This document shows, piece by piece, positions 27,370 to 38,566 of a stretch of 64,000 bases of DNA. Location of the stretch: positions 30,857 to 94,856 of the forward strand of contig CAWBNO010000013.1 of assembly GCA_963790095.1 (NCBI GenBank). Direction: 5' to 3'. Origin of the DNA: an uncultured delta proteobacterium (GTDB taxonomy: Bacteria > Desulfobacterota > Desulfobacteria > Desulfobacterales > UBA11574). The stretch's first letter is position 1; every line of letters begins with the position of its first letter. Position numbers and translations under genes: made by a program. Under the pieces are notes generated by a model. That model worked only from the letters and a program-made list of their open reading frames with translations. It did not search any database and was not told where the DNA came from.

Positions 27370-30300
27370 ATGGACACATCGATAGGGGTCATTCAGGACC
27401 CTGCGCCAGGAATACGAATTCTCATGTTTCGGGGCGATGTCCAGTCGTTTACACTCTCCCTTGGCAAACCGCAAAAGGGCCGTGCATGGCTTCGAACGAA
27501 TATCGGCCATGCAGAAGTTGCCAGGGGGGAAATCATCGAAGCGGTGGACAAGAACCAGCCGCCATTAGGCCGGGATTGGTTCGATATCCCCATGAAGCGG
27601 TTTGACGACAGAAGCTTTAAGATTACAATTTCCTTGTGTGAAGTCGGGCATTTTCAAGCCAAATGTTTCTTTTTGGGGGAAGGTGAGACCCGGCCGGTTT
27701 GGCCGGAGGGATCCAATGTGGTCATCAATGTAGAGCCTCCGGATGCGTGCTGCTCGAATATCATCTACAATGCCTTTGTCCGTCAGTTCGGGCCCAACAA
27801 AAGGGGTAATTTTTTTTACGAATCAGATAGCGATCTAATCCAGGATCTGGACAAAAACGGTTACACCGTCATCCCGCCTTCGGGAACTTTTCGTGATTTG
27901 ATCGGAGAACTGGATTTCATTGTCGGCGAACTGGGGTGTCGAATACTCCAGTTGCTTCCCATTCATCCCACCCCCACCACGTATGCCCGAATGGGGCGGT
28001 TTGGGAGCCCGTACGCCGCCCTCAGTTTTACCGCCGTGGATCCGGCCCTGGCTGAATTCGATCCCCGGGCTACGCCACTGGAGCAGTTCATCGAACTGGT
28101 GGATGCCGTCCATGAGCGTCAGGCCATGGTTTTTATCGACATTGCCATCAACCACACCGGATGGGCCGCAAGCCTTCACGAAACCCATCCCCAATGGCTG
28201 GTTCGAGACCCGGACGGCCAGATCAAAGCGCCAGGGGCCTGGGGAATCGTATGGGCGGATCTCACCAGACTCGATTTTGCCAACAAGGATCTGTGGCAGT
28301 ATATGGCCGATGTTTTCATTACCTGGTGTCGCCGGGGTGTGGACGGGTTCCGTTGCGATGCAGGATATATGATACCGGTTCCTGCCTGGCAATACATTAT
28401 TGCCAGAGTTAGAGACCAGTATCCGGACACGGTTTTTCTCCTGGAAGGGCTCGGCGGAAAAATTTCCGTAACCCGTGACCTCCTGAACAAGGCCAATTTC
28501 AACTGGGCCTATTCAGAGCTGTTTCAAAACTATGACCGGGCTCAGATCGAAGCCTATCTTCCGGTTGCCATCGAGATTTCAGCCAGTGACGGAATCACCA
28601 TCCATTTTGCCGAGACCCACGACAACCCCCGCCTGGCCGAACGGTCAAGGAGCTATGCCCGCATGCGTACCGCCCTGTGCGCGCTTTTCAGCCAACAGGG
28701 CGGTTTCGGTTTTGCCAACGGTGTTGAATGGTATGCATCGGAAAAGATCGATGTTCACCGATCGCCGTCTCTGAACTGGGGGGCGGATACCAACCAGGTG
28801 AAACAGATTCGACGGCTCAACACCCTCCTCAAGATCCATCCCGCTTTCCATGACCAGACGGAGGTAAAAATGGTCCAGAAAGGGGAGGGCAATCACTTGG
28901 CACTGCTTCGGCACCACCGTGTTTCGGGAAAAAAACTCCTGATTGTGGCGAATCTTGATGATCAACGGAAGGTTTTGGGAGCCTGGGACCCTCTGGAGGC
29001 CGGAATGGGAGGAACGTCCCTCATGGACCTTGTCACCGGAGAGCCGGTGGTCATCGAACCCTCAGATGAACAGCATGCCTGCCGCCTCGACCCCGGCCGG
29101 GTTCTTTGCCTCACCGCCGACGAGAAAGATATGGATCTTATTCTCGATGCAGAGTCTCAACCCGTTGTATTCCCGGAAAGAATAACCCGACAGCGGTTGC
29201 GTGCCAAGGCCCTGGATGTCTTTCGATTTTATAACGACATTCAGGATCTGGATTTATTCGAGCCGGATCGGGCGGCCCGGGAACTGGCAGAAAGCCCGGT
29301 GGAATTCTGCCGCAGCCTTAACCCGGTGAGCCATGAACCGAGGGTTATAACCTGGCAATGGCCACAGGACATTAAAAGGGAAGTCATGGTGCCGCCGGAC
29401 CACTTTCTAATGGTACGTTCGGACGTTCCTTTCCGTGCCCGAATCATGGATCAAAACAGGTGTCTGGCCCTGGAAGAAAGTTTGCCGGGTCTTGATGGAT
29501 GGTTTTTTGCCTTCTTTTCACCGCTGCCGCCCAGGAAAGTTCACCAGTCTTTTACCCTGAAACTGTCGGTTTACACACCGGGAGCGCCCCGCCGTGTAAA
29601 CGGACCTCTTCTGTATCTCTCCAGGCCCGAAGATGCCACTGTAAAACAGGTCTACAGCCGGTGGAATCTGGCGGATCGATCGCTGCTGATGCTGGGGACC
29701 AACCGCCGGGGTGCCATGCTTCGGGCACATGTTTCCTGGGGTGAACTCCCCAGCCGGTACGACGCCCTTCTGGCTGGAAATATGGATCAAAAATTTCCCC
29801 AAGACCGGTGGATCATGTTTGCCCGCTGCCGGGCGTGGCTGGTGTTCCAGGACTACTCCCAGGAAATCTGCGATGACGGTTTTGTCTCTTTTTGTTCCGA
29901 ATCAGGTTCTAAAGGCATATGGCGGTTTCAGGTGCTCACCGGCCAGGGCCAGTATGTTTTTTTGAACGTTCGGGTTGAAATGATCGAAGAAGAGAATGCC
30001 GTACGAATGATTTTTTATCGTGAGCCGACCAAAGGCCGGAACAGGGGTCTGGCGGACCACGAACCGGTCCGGCTCATCTTGAGACCCGATATCGAAAGCC
30101 GTAATTTTCATGATACCACCAAAGCATATCAGGGCGCTGAAGATGCCTGGCCGGCGGCTGTGGATTCACATCCGGACGGTTTCGTTTTTTCTCCGGATCC
30201 GGACCACCGGCTGACCCAAAAGATTTCCGACGGCGTCTTTGTTTGGGAGCCTGAATGGCAATATATGGTTCACAGACCCCTGGAGGCTGAGCGGGGTCTC

Positions 30301-31674
30301 GATCCGGATTCGGACCTGTTCAGCCCCGGGTATTTTTATGCATTCCTCGAAGGGGGCCAATCTGTGGCCTTGTCTGCAAGAATTGACGGCGCACAGGTTC
30401 CAAAGACGCCGGTTATAGAACCATCGACGGGAGATGTGGAAACGGTTGGTTTTGTAAAAAACAGGCGTATGAAATTGAATGCGACGCTGAAAAAATCCAT
30501 GGATCACTTTATGGTAGAGAGAGGGGAATTGCGTACGGTCATTGCCGGGTATCCATGGTTCCTCGACTGGGGCCGGGATGCGCTGATTTTCGTTCGGGGC
30601 TTGATTACTGCGGGGAAAACCGATGAAGCCCGGGCGACCCTAAAACTGTTCGGGCAGTATGAAAAGGACGGAACCATTCCCAATATGATTCATGGCGAAG
30701 ATGCCCGAAACAGGGACACTTCCGATGCCCCCTTGTGGTATTTTGTTGCATGTGACGAGCTTGTAAAGGCCGAGGAAAGTGAAGAATTTCTCGATACGGC
30801 CTGCGGCAACCGAACCATCCGCCAAATTCTTTTTTCCATTGCCCATGCTTACAGAACCGGTACCCCCGGCGGTATCCGGATGGACCCTCAATCGGGTCTT
30901 ATTTTCAGCCCGGCTCATTTTACATGGATGGATACCGATTATCCGGCCGGAACCCCCCGGGAAGGTTATCCCATCGAGATCCAGGCCCTGTGGTTTGCCG
31001 CACTCTCCTTTTTGGCCCGCATCGATCCTTCGGGGGATAAGGGCCATTGGCAACAGGAGGCTTCCCGGGTTCAGTCCTCGATTTTGGAACATTTTCTTTT
31101 AAAAGAAGAGAATTACCTGGCCGACTGTCTCCATGCCGAACCCGGAACGTCGGCCGGTGAGGCAGCGCCCGATGATGCCCTGAGACCCAATCAGCTATTG
31201 GCAATAACCCTCGGCGCTGTCACAGACCACCCGGTCTGTCGACAGGTCCTGTGGGCATGTGAGGAACTTTTGGTTCCCGGAGCCATCCGGAGTCTTGCGG
31301 ACCGCCGCGTTCGACGCCCCCTTTCCATCGATCACCATGGAAGGACCCTCAACCATCCCCATTATCCCTACCAGGGGAAATATGCCGGCGACGAGGATAC
31401 CAACCGGAAGCCGGCCTATCATAACGGAACGGCGTGGACATGGCTATTCCCCAGTTATTGTGAAGCTTGGGCAATGACGTACGGCAAAAAAAGCAGAAAG
31501 ACCGCACTTGCTTGGCTGGCAAGCAGTTCCGGGCTCGTAACCCGGGGGTGTATCGGTCATGTGCCGGAGATTCTGGACGGTGATTTTCCCCATAAACAGC
31601 GTGGGTGCGATGCGCAGGCCTGGGGCGCCAGTGAGTTTGTCCGGGTCTGGAAGCTGCTTGATATAACAAAATAG
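27370..31674 (+). CDS. bifunctional-type glycogen debranching enzyme (N-terminal GH13 alpha-amylase-family domain + C-terminal amylo-alpha-1,6-glucosidase/GDE_C domain)
   Basis: 1434 aa. GH13 signatures GFRCDAG, LLEGLGG and FAETHDN. C-terminal GYPWFLDWGRDALIF...DAPLWYF...IEIQALW is typical of GDE_C. Confidence 0.88.
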   Translation: MDTSIGVIQDPAPGIRILMFRGDVQSFTLSLGKPQKGRAWLRTNIGHAEVARGEIIEAVDKNQPPLGRDWFDIPMKRFDDRSFKITISLCEVGHFQAKCFFLGEGETRPVWPEGSNVVINVEPPDACCSNIIYNAFVRQFGPNKRGNFFYESDSDLIQDLDKNGYTVIPPSGTFRDLIGELDFIVGELGCRILQLLPIHPTPTTYARMGRFGSPYAALSFTAVDPALAEFDPRATPLEQFIELVDAVHERQAMVFIDIAINHTGWAASLHETHPQWLVRDPDGQIKAPGAWGIVWADLTRLDFANKDLWQYMADVFITWCRRGVDGFRCDAGYMIPVPAWQYIIARVRDQYPDTVFLLEGLGGKISVTRDLLNKANFNWAYSELFQNYDRAQIEAYLPVAIEISASDGITIHFAETHDNPRLAERSRSYARMRTALCALFSQQGGFGFANGVEWYASEKIDVHRSPSLNWGADTNQVKQIRRLNTLLKIHPAFHDQTEVKMVQKGEGNHLALLRHHRVSGKKLLIVANLDDQRKVLGAWDPLEAGMGGTSLMDLVTGEPVVIEPSDEQHACRLDPGRVLCLTADEKDMDLILDAESQPVVFPERITRQRLRAKALDVFRFYNDIQDLDLFEPDRAARELAESPVEFCRSLNPVSHEPRVITWQWPQDIKREVMVPPDHFLMVRSDVPFRARIMDQNRCLALEESLPGLDGWFFAFFSPLPPRKVHQSFTLKLSVYTPGAPRRVNGPLLYLSRPEDATVKQVYSRWNLADRSLLMLGTNRRGAMLRAHVSWGELPSRYDALLAGNMDQKFPQDRWIMFARCRAWLVFQDYSQEICDDGFVSFCSESGSKGIWRFQVLTGQGQYVFLNVRVEMIEEENAVRMIFYREPTKGRNRGLADHEPVRLILRPDIESRNFHDTTKAYQGAEDAWPAAVDSHPDGFVFSPDPDHRLTQKISDGVFVWEPEWQYMVHRPLEAERGLDPDSDLFSPGYFYAFLEGGQSVALSARIDGAQVPKTPVIEPSTGDVETVGFVKNRRMKLNATLKKSMDHFMVERGELRTVIAGYPWFLDWGRDALIFVRGLITAGKTDEARATLKLFGQYEKDGTIPNMIHGEDARNRDTSDAPLWYFVACDELVKAEESEEFLDTACGNRTIRQILFSIAHAYRTGTPGGIRMDPQSGLIFSPAHFTWMDTDYPAGTPREGYPIEIQALWFAALSFLARIDPSGDKGHWQQEASRVQSSILEHFLLKEENYLADCLHAEPGTSAGEAAPDDALRPNQLLAITLGAVTDHPVCRQVLWACEELLVPGAIRSLADRRVRRPLSIDHHGRTLNHPHYPYQGKYAGDEDTNRKPAYHNGTAWTWLFPSYCEAWAMTYGKKSRKTALAWLASSSGLVTRGCIGHVPEILDGDFPHKQRGCDAQAWGASEFVRVWKLLDITK

Positions 31675-31774
31675 ATGATGAGTTGATTTATTGGGTGATT
31701 AAGTGGTAAAGTGATCGAGTCGATAGGTTGCAGTTAAATTCCGAATATCCCATGACCGATAATTGAGGCTTACT

Positions 31775-34324
31775 ATGAGTCATATACAGACCTTTCAGGT
31801 ATTCCCTGTTATTCCCGAACCGCTGTCTTTTCTCCAGGTTTTGGCACGGAACCTCTGGTGGTGTTGGCACCTGGATGCCGTCGAGCTGTTTCGCCGCATA
31901 AACCCCAGGCTCTGGGAGAAGTCAGGGCGAAATCCCATCGTTTTTTCAACGCTGATTCCCCAGGAACAATTGGAGAAACTGTCAAAGGACGAAAGCTTTC
32001 TGGCACACCAGCAGCGTGTGAAAGAGAGTTTTGTGAGCCAGGTGTTGACGCCGGTGGATCGCAGCGGATCGCCATACGGCGAACAGGGGACCATCGCATA
32101 TTTTTCCATGGAATATGGAATTCATGAAAGTGTCCCCATGTTTGCCGGCGGACTCGGCGTCCTTTCCGGCGACCATCTGAAGGCAGCTTCCGATCTTGCA
32201 CTTCCATTGGTTGGGGTCGGCATCCTTTACGGACAGGGCTATTTCCGTCAGTATCTGGATCAGGATGGATGGCAGCAGGCGGAATACCCGGGAATCGATC
32301 TTTATCATCTGCCGGTGGAGCGGGCAAAGGATCGTTCAGGCAATGATGTCAGCATCTCGGTGAACGGACCGGACGGTGAAATTCGGGCCATTGTCTGGAA
32401 ACTCATGGTGGGTCGTATCCCCCTTTACCTGCTCGATACCAATTTGCCGGAGAATCCACCGGAAATTCGGGAAATCTCAGGGCGTCTGTACGCCGGGGAT
32501 TCGAAGACGCGACTGGCCCAGGAGGTGCTTCTCGGCATCGGCGGGATGCGTTGCCTGGAAGCCTTGGGGATTTATCCCACGGTGTTCCATATGAACGAAG
32601 GACACTGTGCCTTCGCCACCCTGGAGCGGCTGGCACAGACCATGTCGTTATTCAACGTCGATCTGGAGACCGCCGAAGAAATTGTTAACCGCACCACGGT
32701 GTTTACCACCCATACACCGGTGGCCGCCGGACACGATGAGTTCCCCGTGGATCTTGTAAAACCCTACCTCAATTCTTTGACAGACCGTCTGGGGGTGACG
32801 GTTGACGAGATTTTATCGTGGGGACAGCCGGTGGAATCCGGTATGGGCACCCCCCTTTCCATGTTTGTTCTGGGGTTGCGCATGTCTCAATACTGCAACG
32901 GGGTCAGTAAGCTGCACGGAAAAGTGGCCCGGCGCATGTGGTCCCATGTTTGGCCGGGAATACCGGAAGATGAGATCCCTATCATCCATATCACCAACGG
33001 TGTCCACATCCCATCCTGGATTTCCCTTGAAAATGCGTTGCTGTTTGAAAGATATCTCGGGCCGGGGTGGTATTTGCACTCGTGGGATCCGGAGATCGCC
33101 CGGCGGATCGACGAGATTTATGACGAGGAACTGTGGCGGGCCCGTGAGATGAGTCACAGCCGTCTGGTTCGCACCTGCAGGTCGCTGATGGTAAAGCAAT
33201 ACAGCCGTCGCAATGCTCCAAAAGCCATGATGAGAGATGCTGAATCAGTGCTCGAACAGGACGTATTGAGCATCGGGTTCGCCCGCAGATTTGCCACGTA
33301 TAAGCGCGCCGGTCTTTTATTTAAAGACCCGGATCGCCTGGAGGCCATGATCGGGTCCGAGACCCAGCCGGTTCAGTTTATTTTTGCAGGCAAAGCCCAT
33401 CCCAAGGACAATGAAGGCAAGGAACTCATAAAAAGCATTATTGAGTTTGCCCGCAGACCGGGTATGCGCAATAGAATTATCTTCCTCGAAGACTACGATA
33501 TCAAAATTGCCAGGCACCTGGTTCAGGGCGTGGATGTATGGCTTAACACCCCCAGACGACCGTTTGAAGCCTGCGGCACTTCCGGCATGAAAGCCGCTGC
33601 CAACGGCGTCCTCAACGTGAGTATCCTCGACGGATGGTGGTGTGAAGGGTATGCTAAAGGAAAAGGCTGGCGCATCGGAAACGGGGAGGAGTACGCGGAT
33701 CCGGCGTATCAGGATTCCGTGGATGCCCAGGCCCTTTACAATGTTCTGGAAAACGAGGTGATTCCCTGTTTTTATGAAAGAAAGAACGGAGATGTTCCGG
33801 ATCAATGGGTTAAAATGATGAAGGAATCGATGAAGATGGCGATGGAGCATTTTTGCTCCCATATCATGGTATCCAAATATGAACGGCTTTTTTATGCTCC
33901 TGCAGCAAAAAGTCTGCCATATCTGACTTCGGATAACGCCAAAGAAGCCGTGTCTCTTTCAGTACAATACAAACGACTCCATGCCCTGTGGGACGGAATT
34001 AGGATCGCGCGTCCGGTCCGGGAAACGAAAGACCCGTTTCGGGTGGGAGAACACCTGGTTGTTACGGCCGTCGTGAATCTGGGAGAACTCCGTCCGGATG
34101 AAGTACTGGTCGAACTCTATTACGGTCTCCTGAAGACGGTGGATACCATCTCTAACAGCAATTCTGAGGAAATGGCGGTCAAGGAAGACCATGGTACGGG
34201 TGAATACCTTTACAGCTGCACCATACCCTGCGCCGCTTCCGGCCGGTACGGTTTTACCGTCCGGGCGATCCCAAAGGGGGATGACCGGATCAGATTTGCA
34301 CCGGGTTTGATTACATGGGCCTAA
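31775..34324 (+). CDS. glgP: alpha-glucan phosphorylase (GT35 with DUF3417-type N-terminus)
   Basis: N-terminus LARNLWWCWH...; PLP-lysine motif EACGTSGMKAAANG. ATG 31775 follows GAGG. Confidence 0.92.
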   Translation: MSHIQTFQVFPVIPEPLSFLQVLARNLWWCWHLDAVELFRRINPRLWEKSGRNPIVFSTLIPQEQLEKLSKDESFLAHQQRVKESFVSQVLTPVDRSGSPYGEQGTIAYFSMEYGIHESVPMFAGGLGVLSGDHLKAASDLALPLVGVGILYGQGYFRQYLDQDGWQQAEYPGIDLYHLPVERAKDRSGNDVSISVNGPDGEIRAIVWKLMVGRIPLYLLDTNLPENPPEIREISGRLYAGDSKTRLAQEVLLGIGGMRCLEALGIYPTVFHMNEGHCAFATLERLAQTMSLFNVDLETAEEIVNRTTVFTTHTPVAAGHDEFPVDLVKPYLNSLTDRLGVTVDEILSWGQPVESGMGTPLSMFVLGLRMSQYCNGVSKLHGKVARRMWSHVWPGIPEDEIPIIHITNGVHIPSWISLENALLFERYLGPGWYLHSWDPEIARRIDEIYDEELWRAREMSHSRLVRTCRSLMVKQYSRRNAPKAMMRDAESVLEQDVLSIGFARRFATYKRAGLLFKDPDRLEAMIGSETQPVQFIFAGKAHPKDNEGKELIKSIIEFARRPGMRNRIIFLEDYDIKIARHLVQGVDVWLNTPRRPFEACGTSGMKAAANGVLNVSILDGWWCEGYAKGKGWRIGNGEEYADPAYQDSVDAQALYNVLENEVIPCFYERKNGDVPDQWVKMMKESMKMAMEHFCSHIMVSKYERLFYAPAAKSLPYLTSDNAKEAVSLSVQYKRLHALWDGIRIARPVRETKDPFRVGEHLVVTAVVNLGELRPDEVLVELYYGLLKTVDTISNSNSEEMAVKEDHGTGEYLYSCTIPCAASGRYGFTVRAIPKGDDRIRFAPGLITWA

Positions 34325-34366
34325 ACCCCTTTTCGCTCAATTAGGATTAAAGATTGAGAGTTGATT

Positions 34367-35875
34367 ATGAAACATCCAAAGCGCAATCCCCGAATACTGA
34401 TTGTCACCCCTGAAGTCACGTATCTCCCCGACCGCATGAAAAGTATGGCCAATTACTTTACGGCCAAGGCCGGCGGGCTTGCCGATGTTTCCGCCGCCCT
34501 GATCAAGGCTCTGTTCGATCAGGGCGCCGATGTTCATGTGGCGCTTCCCGATTATCGTGCCATATTCAGAGACCATCTGGCGCCTTTCCTTAAAAAAGAG
34601 CTCAAGGCCATCCACCGCATTATGCCCGATGATCGGGTGCATTTGGCCGAAGACCGCGCCTTTTTTTATCTTAACCGGGTCTATTCCAATTATGGCGGCG
34701 AAAACACCAAGCTTTCTCTGGCGTTTCAAAGGGAGGTCATCAACAATATCATTCCCCGCGTGCAGCCGGATCTGATCCACTGCAACGACTGGATGACCGG
34801 CCTGATTCCGGCCCTGTCCAGGGAAGGGGGCATCCCCTGTCTCTTCACCATCCACAATATTCATACCGTAAAAACCTTTCTGTCTTTCATTGAGGATCGC
34901 GGGATCGACGCGGCATACTTTTGGCACCATTTGTATTATGAAAATATGGCCTACGAATATGAAAAAGCCCGTGAATTCAATCCAGTGGATTTTCTGGTGA
35001 GCGGCGTCTTTGCTGCGCATTTTGTCAACACGGTGAGCCCGACCTTTCTTAAGGAGATCATCGAGGGTCGACACGATTTCGTGGAACCGCCGTTGAGAGA
35101 TGAACTGGCAAACAAATGGCATGCCGGATGTGCCGCCGGCATACTCAATGCACCGGATCCCGGCTTCAACCCTGCTGAAGATCCGGCGCTTTTTCGTCGG
35201 TACGGCGCCAAAGATCATCCGGAAGGCAAAAAGGAAAACAAACGGTATCTCCAGGAAAAACTCGGACTCATGGAGGCCGAAAAGGCTCCGATCTTTTTTT
35301 GGCCCTCGCGGTTGGACTACAGACAAAAAGGGTGCCAATTGCTGTCGGATATACTCTATCGGCTGTTGTCGACGTACTGGGAAGAGTATCTCCAGATCGT
35401 TTTTGTGGCCAACGGTGAGTTTCAGAAACACTTCAGAGATATCGTCCATTATCATCAGCTGTATCAGCAAGTGGCCATTTGCGATTTTGACGAGGACCTG
35501 GAGCATCTGTCCTACGGCGCTGCCGACTTTGTACTGATGCCTTCCCTTTTTGAGCCCTGTGGCCTGCCGCAGATGATCGGCGCTATTTACGGCGCGTTGC
35601 CGGTGGTCCATGATACCGGAGGACTCCACGATACGGTGGTTCATCTGGACTTGAAACTCAATTCGGGCAACGGTTTTGTTTTCGAAACCTATGATAGCAA
35701 TGGACTGTTCTGGGCGATCCAGGAAGCCGTGAAATTTTATAAACTCCCCCCCAAAACCAAAGCGCGACACATCGAGCGCATCATGACCGAGAGCGCCGCC
35801 ACTTTCAATCATGACGTTACGGCCCAACAGTACATCGAACTTTACGAAAAGATGCTGCAGCGCCCGCTGATTTAG
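34367..35875 (+). CDS. glgA: glycogen synthase (GT5)
   Basis: AKAGGLADV motif and PSLFEPCGLPQM. ATG 34367; the track starts at TTG 34361. Confidence 0.92.
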   Translation: MKHPKRNPRILIVTPEVTYLPDRMKSMANYFTAKAGGLADVSAALIKALFDQGADVHVALPDYRAIFRDHLAPFLKKELKAIHRIMPDDRVHLAEDRAFFYLNRVYSNYGGENTKLSLAFQREVINNIIPRVQPDLIHCNDWMTGLIPALSREGGIPCLFTIHNIHTVKTFLSFIEDRGIDAAYFWHHLYYENMAYEYEKAREFNPVDFLVSGVFAAHFVNTVSPTFLKEIIEGRHDFVEPPLRDELANKWHAGCAAGILNAPDPGFNPAEDPALFRRYGAKDHPEGKKENKRYLQEKLGLMEAEKAPIFFWPSRLDYRQKGCQLLSDILYRLLSTYWEEYLQIVFVANGEFQKHFRDIVHYHQLYQQVAICDFDEDLEHLSYGAADFVLMPSLFEPCGLPQMIGAIYGALPVVHDTGGLHDTVVHLDLKLNSGNGFVFETYDSNGLFWAIQEAVKFYKLPPKTKARHIERIMTESAATFNHDVTAQQYIELYEKMLQRPLI

Positions 35876-35946
35876 GTGCGCATTGGAGCTGAGCTAAAAT
35901 AGAACCCTCAATGATCGTAAACAAAAGGGTGGAAGCGTAACGACTT

Positions 35947-37983
35947 ATGACCACAGACGGCAGACAACCGCCATCCCATTTGCTCGATAGCATGCTGGAA
36001 AATGATCCCTACCTTCAACCGTATGCGCACGTCCTGGTACGTCGTCTGGAAAACATCCGAAAAGTGGAAGAGCGGCTGATCCGCGATACAGAGGATCTGG
36101 CCGAATTTGCCGCCGGTCACGAATACTTCGGGCTTCATTTCCGTGGCCATGAGTGGGTTTTTCGGGAATGGGCGCCCCATGCCGAAGCAATCTGTCTGGT
36201 GGGAGATATGACGGACTGGCAGGAACGAAAAGGGTTTTCCCTGGAGCGGATCGACCGGGAAGGGGTGTGGGAAATCCGTCTGCCTTCAGAGGTGTTGGGG
36301 CACGGGGATTTATATCGGCTCCGGATTCACTGGCCGGGGGGCCGAGGAGACCGGATACCCGCATATGCTCGGCGTGTGGTGCAGGATCCTGACACGCTGA
36401 TTTTCAATGCCCAGGTCTGGCACCCTCCGGACCCTTATGTCTGGAAGTGCAGGGATTTCAAACTGCCTTCGGATGCGATTTTTCTCTACGAGGCCCATGT
36501 GGGCATGGCCCAGGAAGGGGAGGGGACGGGGTCTTTTGATGAGTTCACCCAACATATTCTGCCCCGGATTGCCGCAGCCGGATACAATACGCTTCAACTC
36601 ATGGCCATCCAGGAGCATCCCTATTACGGGTCATTCGGTTACCAGGTTTCCAACTTTTTTGCGGCGTCATCCCGGTTCGGGACCCCCGAGGCACTCAAAG
36701 GGCTTATCGATGCCGCCCATGCTTCGGGTCTTCGGGTGATCATGGACCTGATTCATTCACACGGCGTTTCCAACGAGGTGGAGGGACTGAGCAGATTCGA
36801 CGGAACCCTATACCAGTATTTCCATGAAGGACCCCGGGGGATTCATGAGGCCTGGGATTCCAGGTGCTTTGATTACGGAAAGCTCCAGGTACTTCATTTC
36901 CTTCTTTCCAACTGCCGGTTCTGGCTGGATGAATACCGCCTCGACGGTTTCCGTTTTGACGGGGTTACGAGCATGCTCTACCTCCATCACGGGCTGTCAA
37001 AAGCCTTCACCTCGTACGACGACTATTTTGACGGCAGCGTTGACGAGGATGCCCTTGCCTATCTGGCCCTTGCAAACAAACTCATCCACCAGGTCCGCCC
37101 TGACGCCATTACCATTGCAGAAGACATCAGCGGTATGCCGGGTCTGGCGGCGCCCTACTCCTCGGGGGGCATCGGATTCGATTATCGTTTTGCCATGGGC
37201 GTTTCCGACAACTGGATCCGTCTAGTAAAAGATGTGCCCGACGAAGACTGGCACATGGGGCGGTTATGGTATGAGTTGACCAATCGGAGACAGGATGAAA
37301 AGACCATCAGTTATGCCGAATCCCACGACCAGGCCCTTGTGGGCGACCAGACCCTTATTTTCCGGCTCATCGGCTCGGACATGTTCGATTCCATGGAAGA
37401 AAGCTGCAAAAACATCACGGTGGACAGGGGCATGGCCCTTCATAAACTCATCCGCTTTATTACCCTTACCACGGCCGGAAGCGGCTACCTCAACTTTATG
37501 GGCAATGAATTCGGGCATCCGGAATGGATCGATTTCCCCCGTGAAGGGAACAACTGGTCTTTCAGATATGCCCGGCGTCAATGGCACCTGGTGGACAGCC
37601 CCACCCTAAAATACCGATTTCTTGCAAATTTTGACAAAGATATGATCTCCCTGGCCAAACGTTTCAAGCTCCTGGAATCTTCAGGTCCGCATCTTATTTA
37701 TGAGCATTCAGAAGACAAGGTGATCGTTTTCATTCGGGCCGGTATTATATTTGTATTTAATTTTCATCCCGCCCGCTCTTATACAGACTACGGTTTTGAA
37801 GCGCCCTCCGGAAAGTACCGGATGATTTTCAACAGCGATGAGCCTGAATACGGCGGTTATAACCGGCTGGTTCGGGATCAATATCATCTGACGCTGTTCG
37901 ATACGTCCACCGGGCGGGAAAGAAACCTGCTCAGCTTATATCTTCCCAACCGCACCGCTCTGGTCCTGGCGCCGTCTGAGTGA
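35947..37983 (+). CDS. glgB: 1,4-alpha-glucan branching enzyme (GH13)
   Basis: DGFRFDGVTSM, IAEDISGMP and YAESHDQALVGD signatures; 678 aa. Confidence 0.92.
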   Translation: MTTDGRQPPSHLLDSMLENDPYLQPYAHVLVRRLENIRKVEERLIRDTEDLAEFAAGHEYFGLHFRGHEWVFREWAPHAEAICLVGDMTDWQERKGFSLERIDREGVWEIRLPSEVLGHGDLYRLRIHWPGGRGDRIPAYARRVVQDPDTLIFNAQVWHPPDPYVWKCRDFKLPSDAIFLYEAHVGMAQEGEGTGSFDEFTQHILPRIAAAGYNTLQLMAIQEHPYYGSFGYQVSNFFAASSRFGTPEALKGLIDAAHASGLRVIMDLIHSHGVSNEVEGLSRFDGTLYQYFHEGPRGIHEAWDSRCFDYGKLQVLHFLLSNCRFWLDEYRLDGFRFDGVTSMLYLHHGLSKAFTSYDDYFDGSVDEDALAYLALANKLIHQVRPDAITIAEDISGMPGLAAPYSSGGIGFDYRFAMGVSDNWIRLVKDVPDEDWHMGRLWYELTNRRQDEKTISYAESHDQALVGDQTLIFRLIGSDMFDSMEESCKNITVDRGMALHKLIRFITLTTAGSGYLNFMGNEFGHPEWIDFPREGNNWSFRYARRQWHLVDSPTLKYRFLANFDKDMISLAKRFKLLESSGPHLIYEHSEDKVIVFIRAGIIFVFNFHPARSYTDYGFEAPSGKYRMIFNSDEPEYGGYNRLVRDQYHLTLFDTSTGRERNLLSLYLPNRTALVLAPSE

Positions 37984-38103
37984 GACCTTTGAGAGGACGC
38001 CCCTTTTTGCCTTCCCGGAAAAAACCTCCAGGGCCATTTATCCGGGTCAACGCCCGTTTCACGGGAGGCCCCTTGAAATTTCACGCCATGGGGATCCCAT
38101 TCA

Positions 38104-38523
38104 TTAAGAGTCGATCTTGGCCGCCATTTTGGCATTGAATTTGGCGGCGTCGATAATGAACCGGTCGTGGGTTCCTTCAGATATTGTATCGATGCCGTCA
38201 TCGGCCACGATGGAGAAGACAAGTTTCCGACCTTCCACGGCTTCCAATTTTCCTTTGACCGTAACCGTCAGTCCTGGGGGTGTTGCGGCCATATGATTGA
38301 ATTTGACATCGATCCCCACCGTTTGCTCACGGGGCCAGTCTATATAGGGATTGACGAACCGGATACATGCCCACTCAAACAAACCGACCATGAAACCCGT
38401 GGCCAATACCCTCGGCATTGCTTGAAACTCGGAGGATTCAGGATAAAGAAAGGGCACGGTCTTGTTTTCCGGAATCTTGAATTTAAATTCAAAGGTTAAC
38501 CCCGACTGCAAATCATTTTTCAC
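38104..38523 (-). CDS. hotdog-fold thioesterase (FlK-like family)
   Basis: 139 aa: VLATGFMVGLFEWACIR...TVGIDVKFNHMAATPPG... Confidence 0.75.
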   Translation of the reverse strand: MKNDLQSGLTFEFKFKIPENKTVPFLYPESSEFQAMPRVLATGFMVGLFEWACIRFVNPYIDWPREQTVGIDVKFNHMAATPPGLTVTVKGKLEAVEGRKLVFSIVADDGIDTISEGTHDRFIIDAAKFNAKMAAKIDS

Positions 38524-38566
38524 GGTTCACCTCCACGGATAGATTTTTTGTACGTGTTCACGAAGA

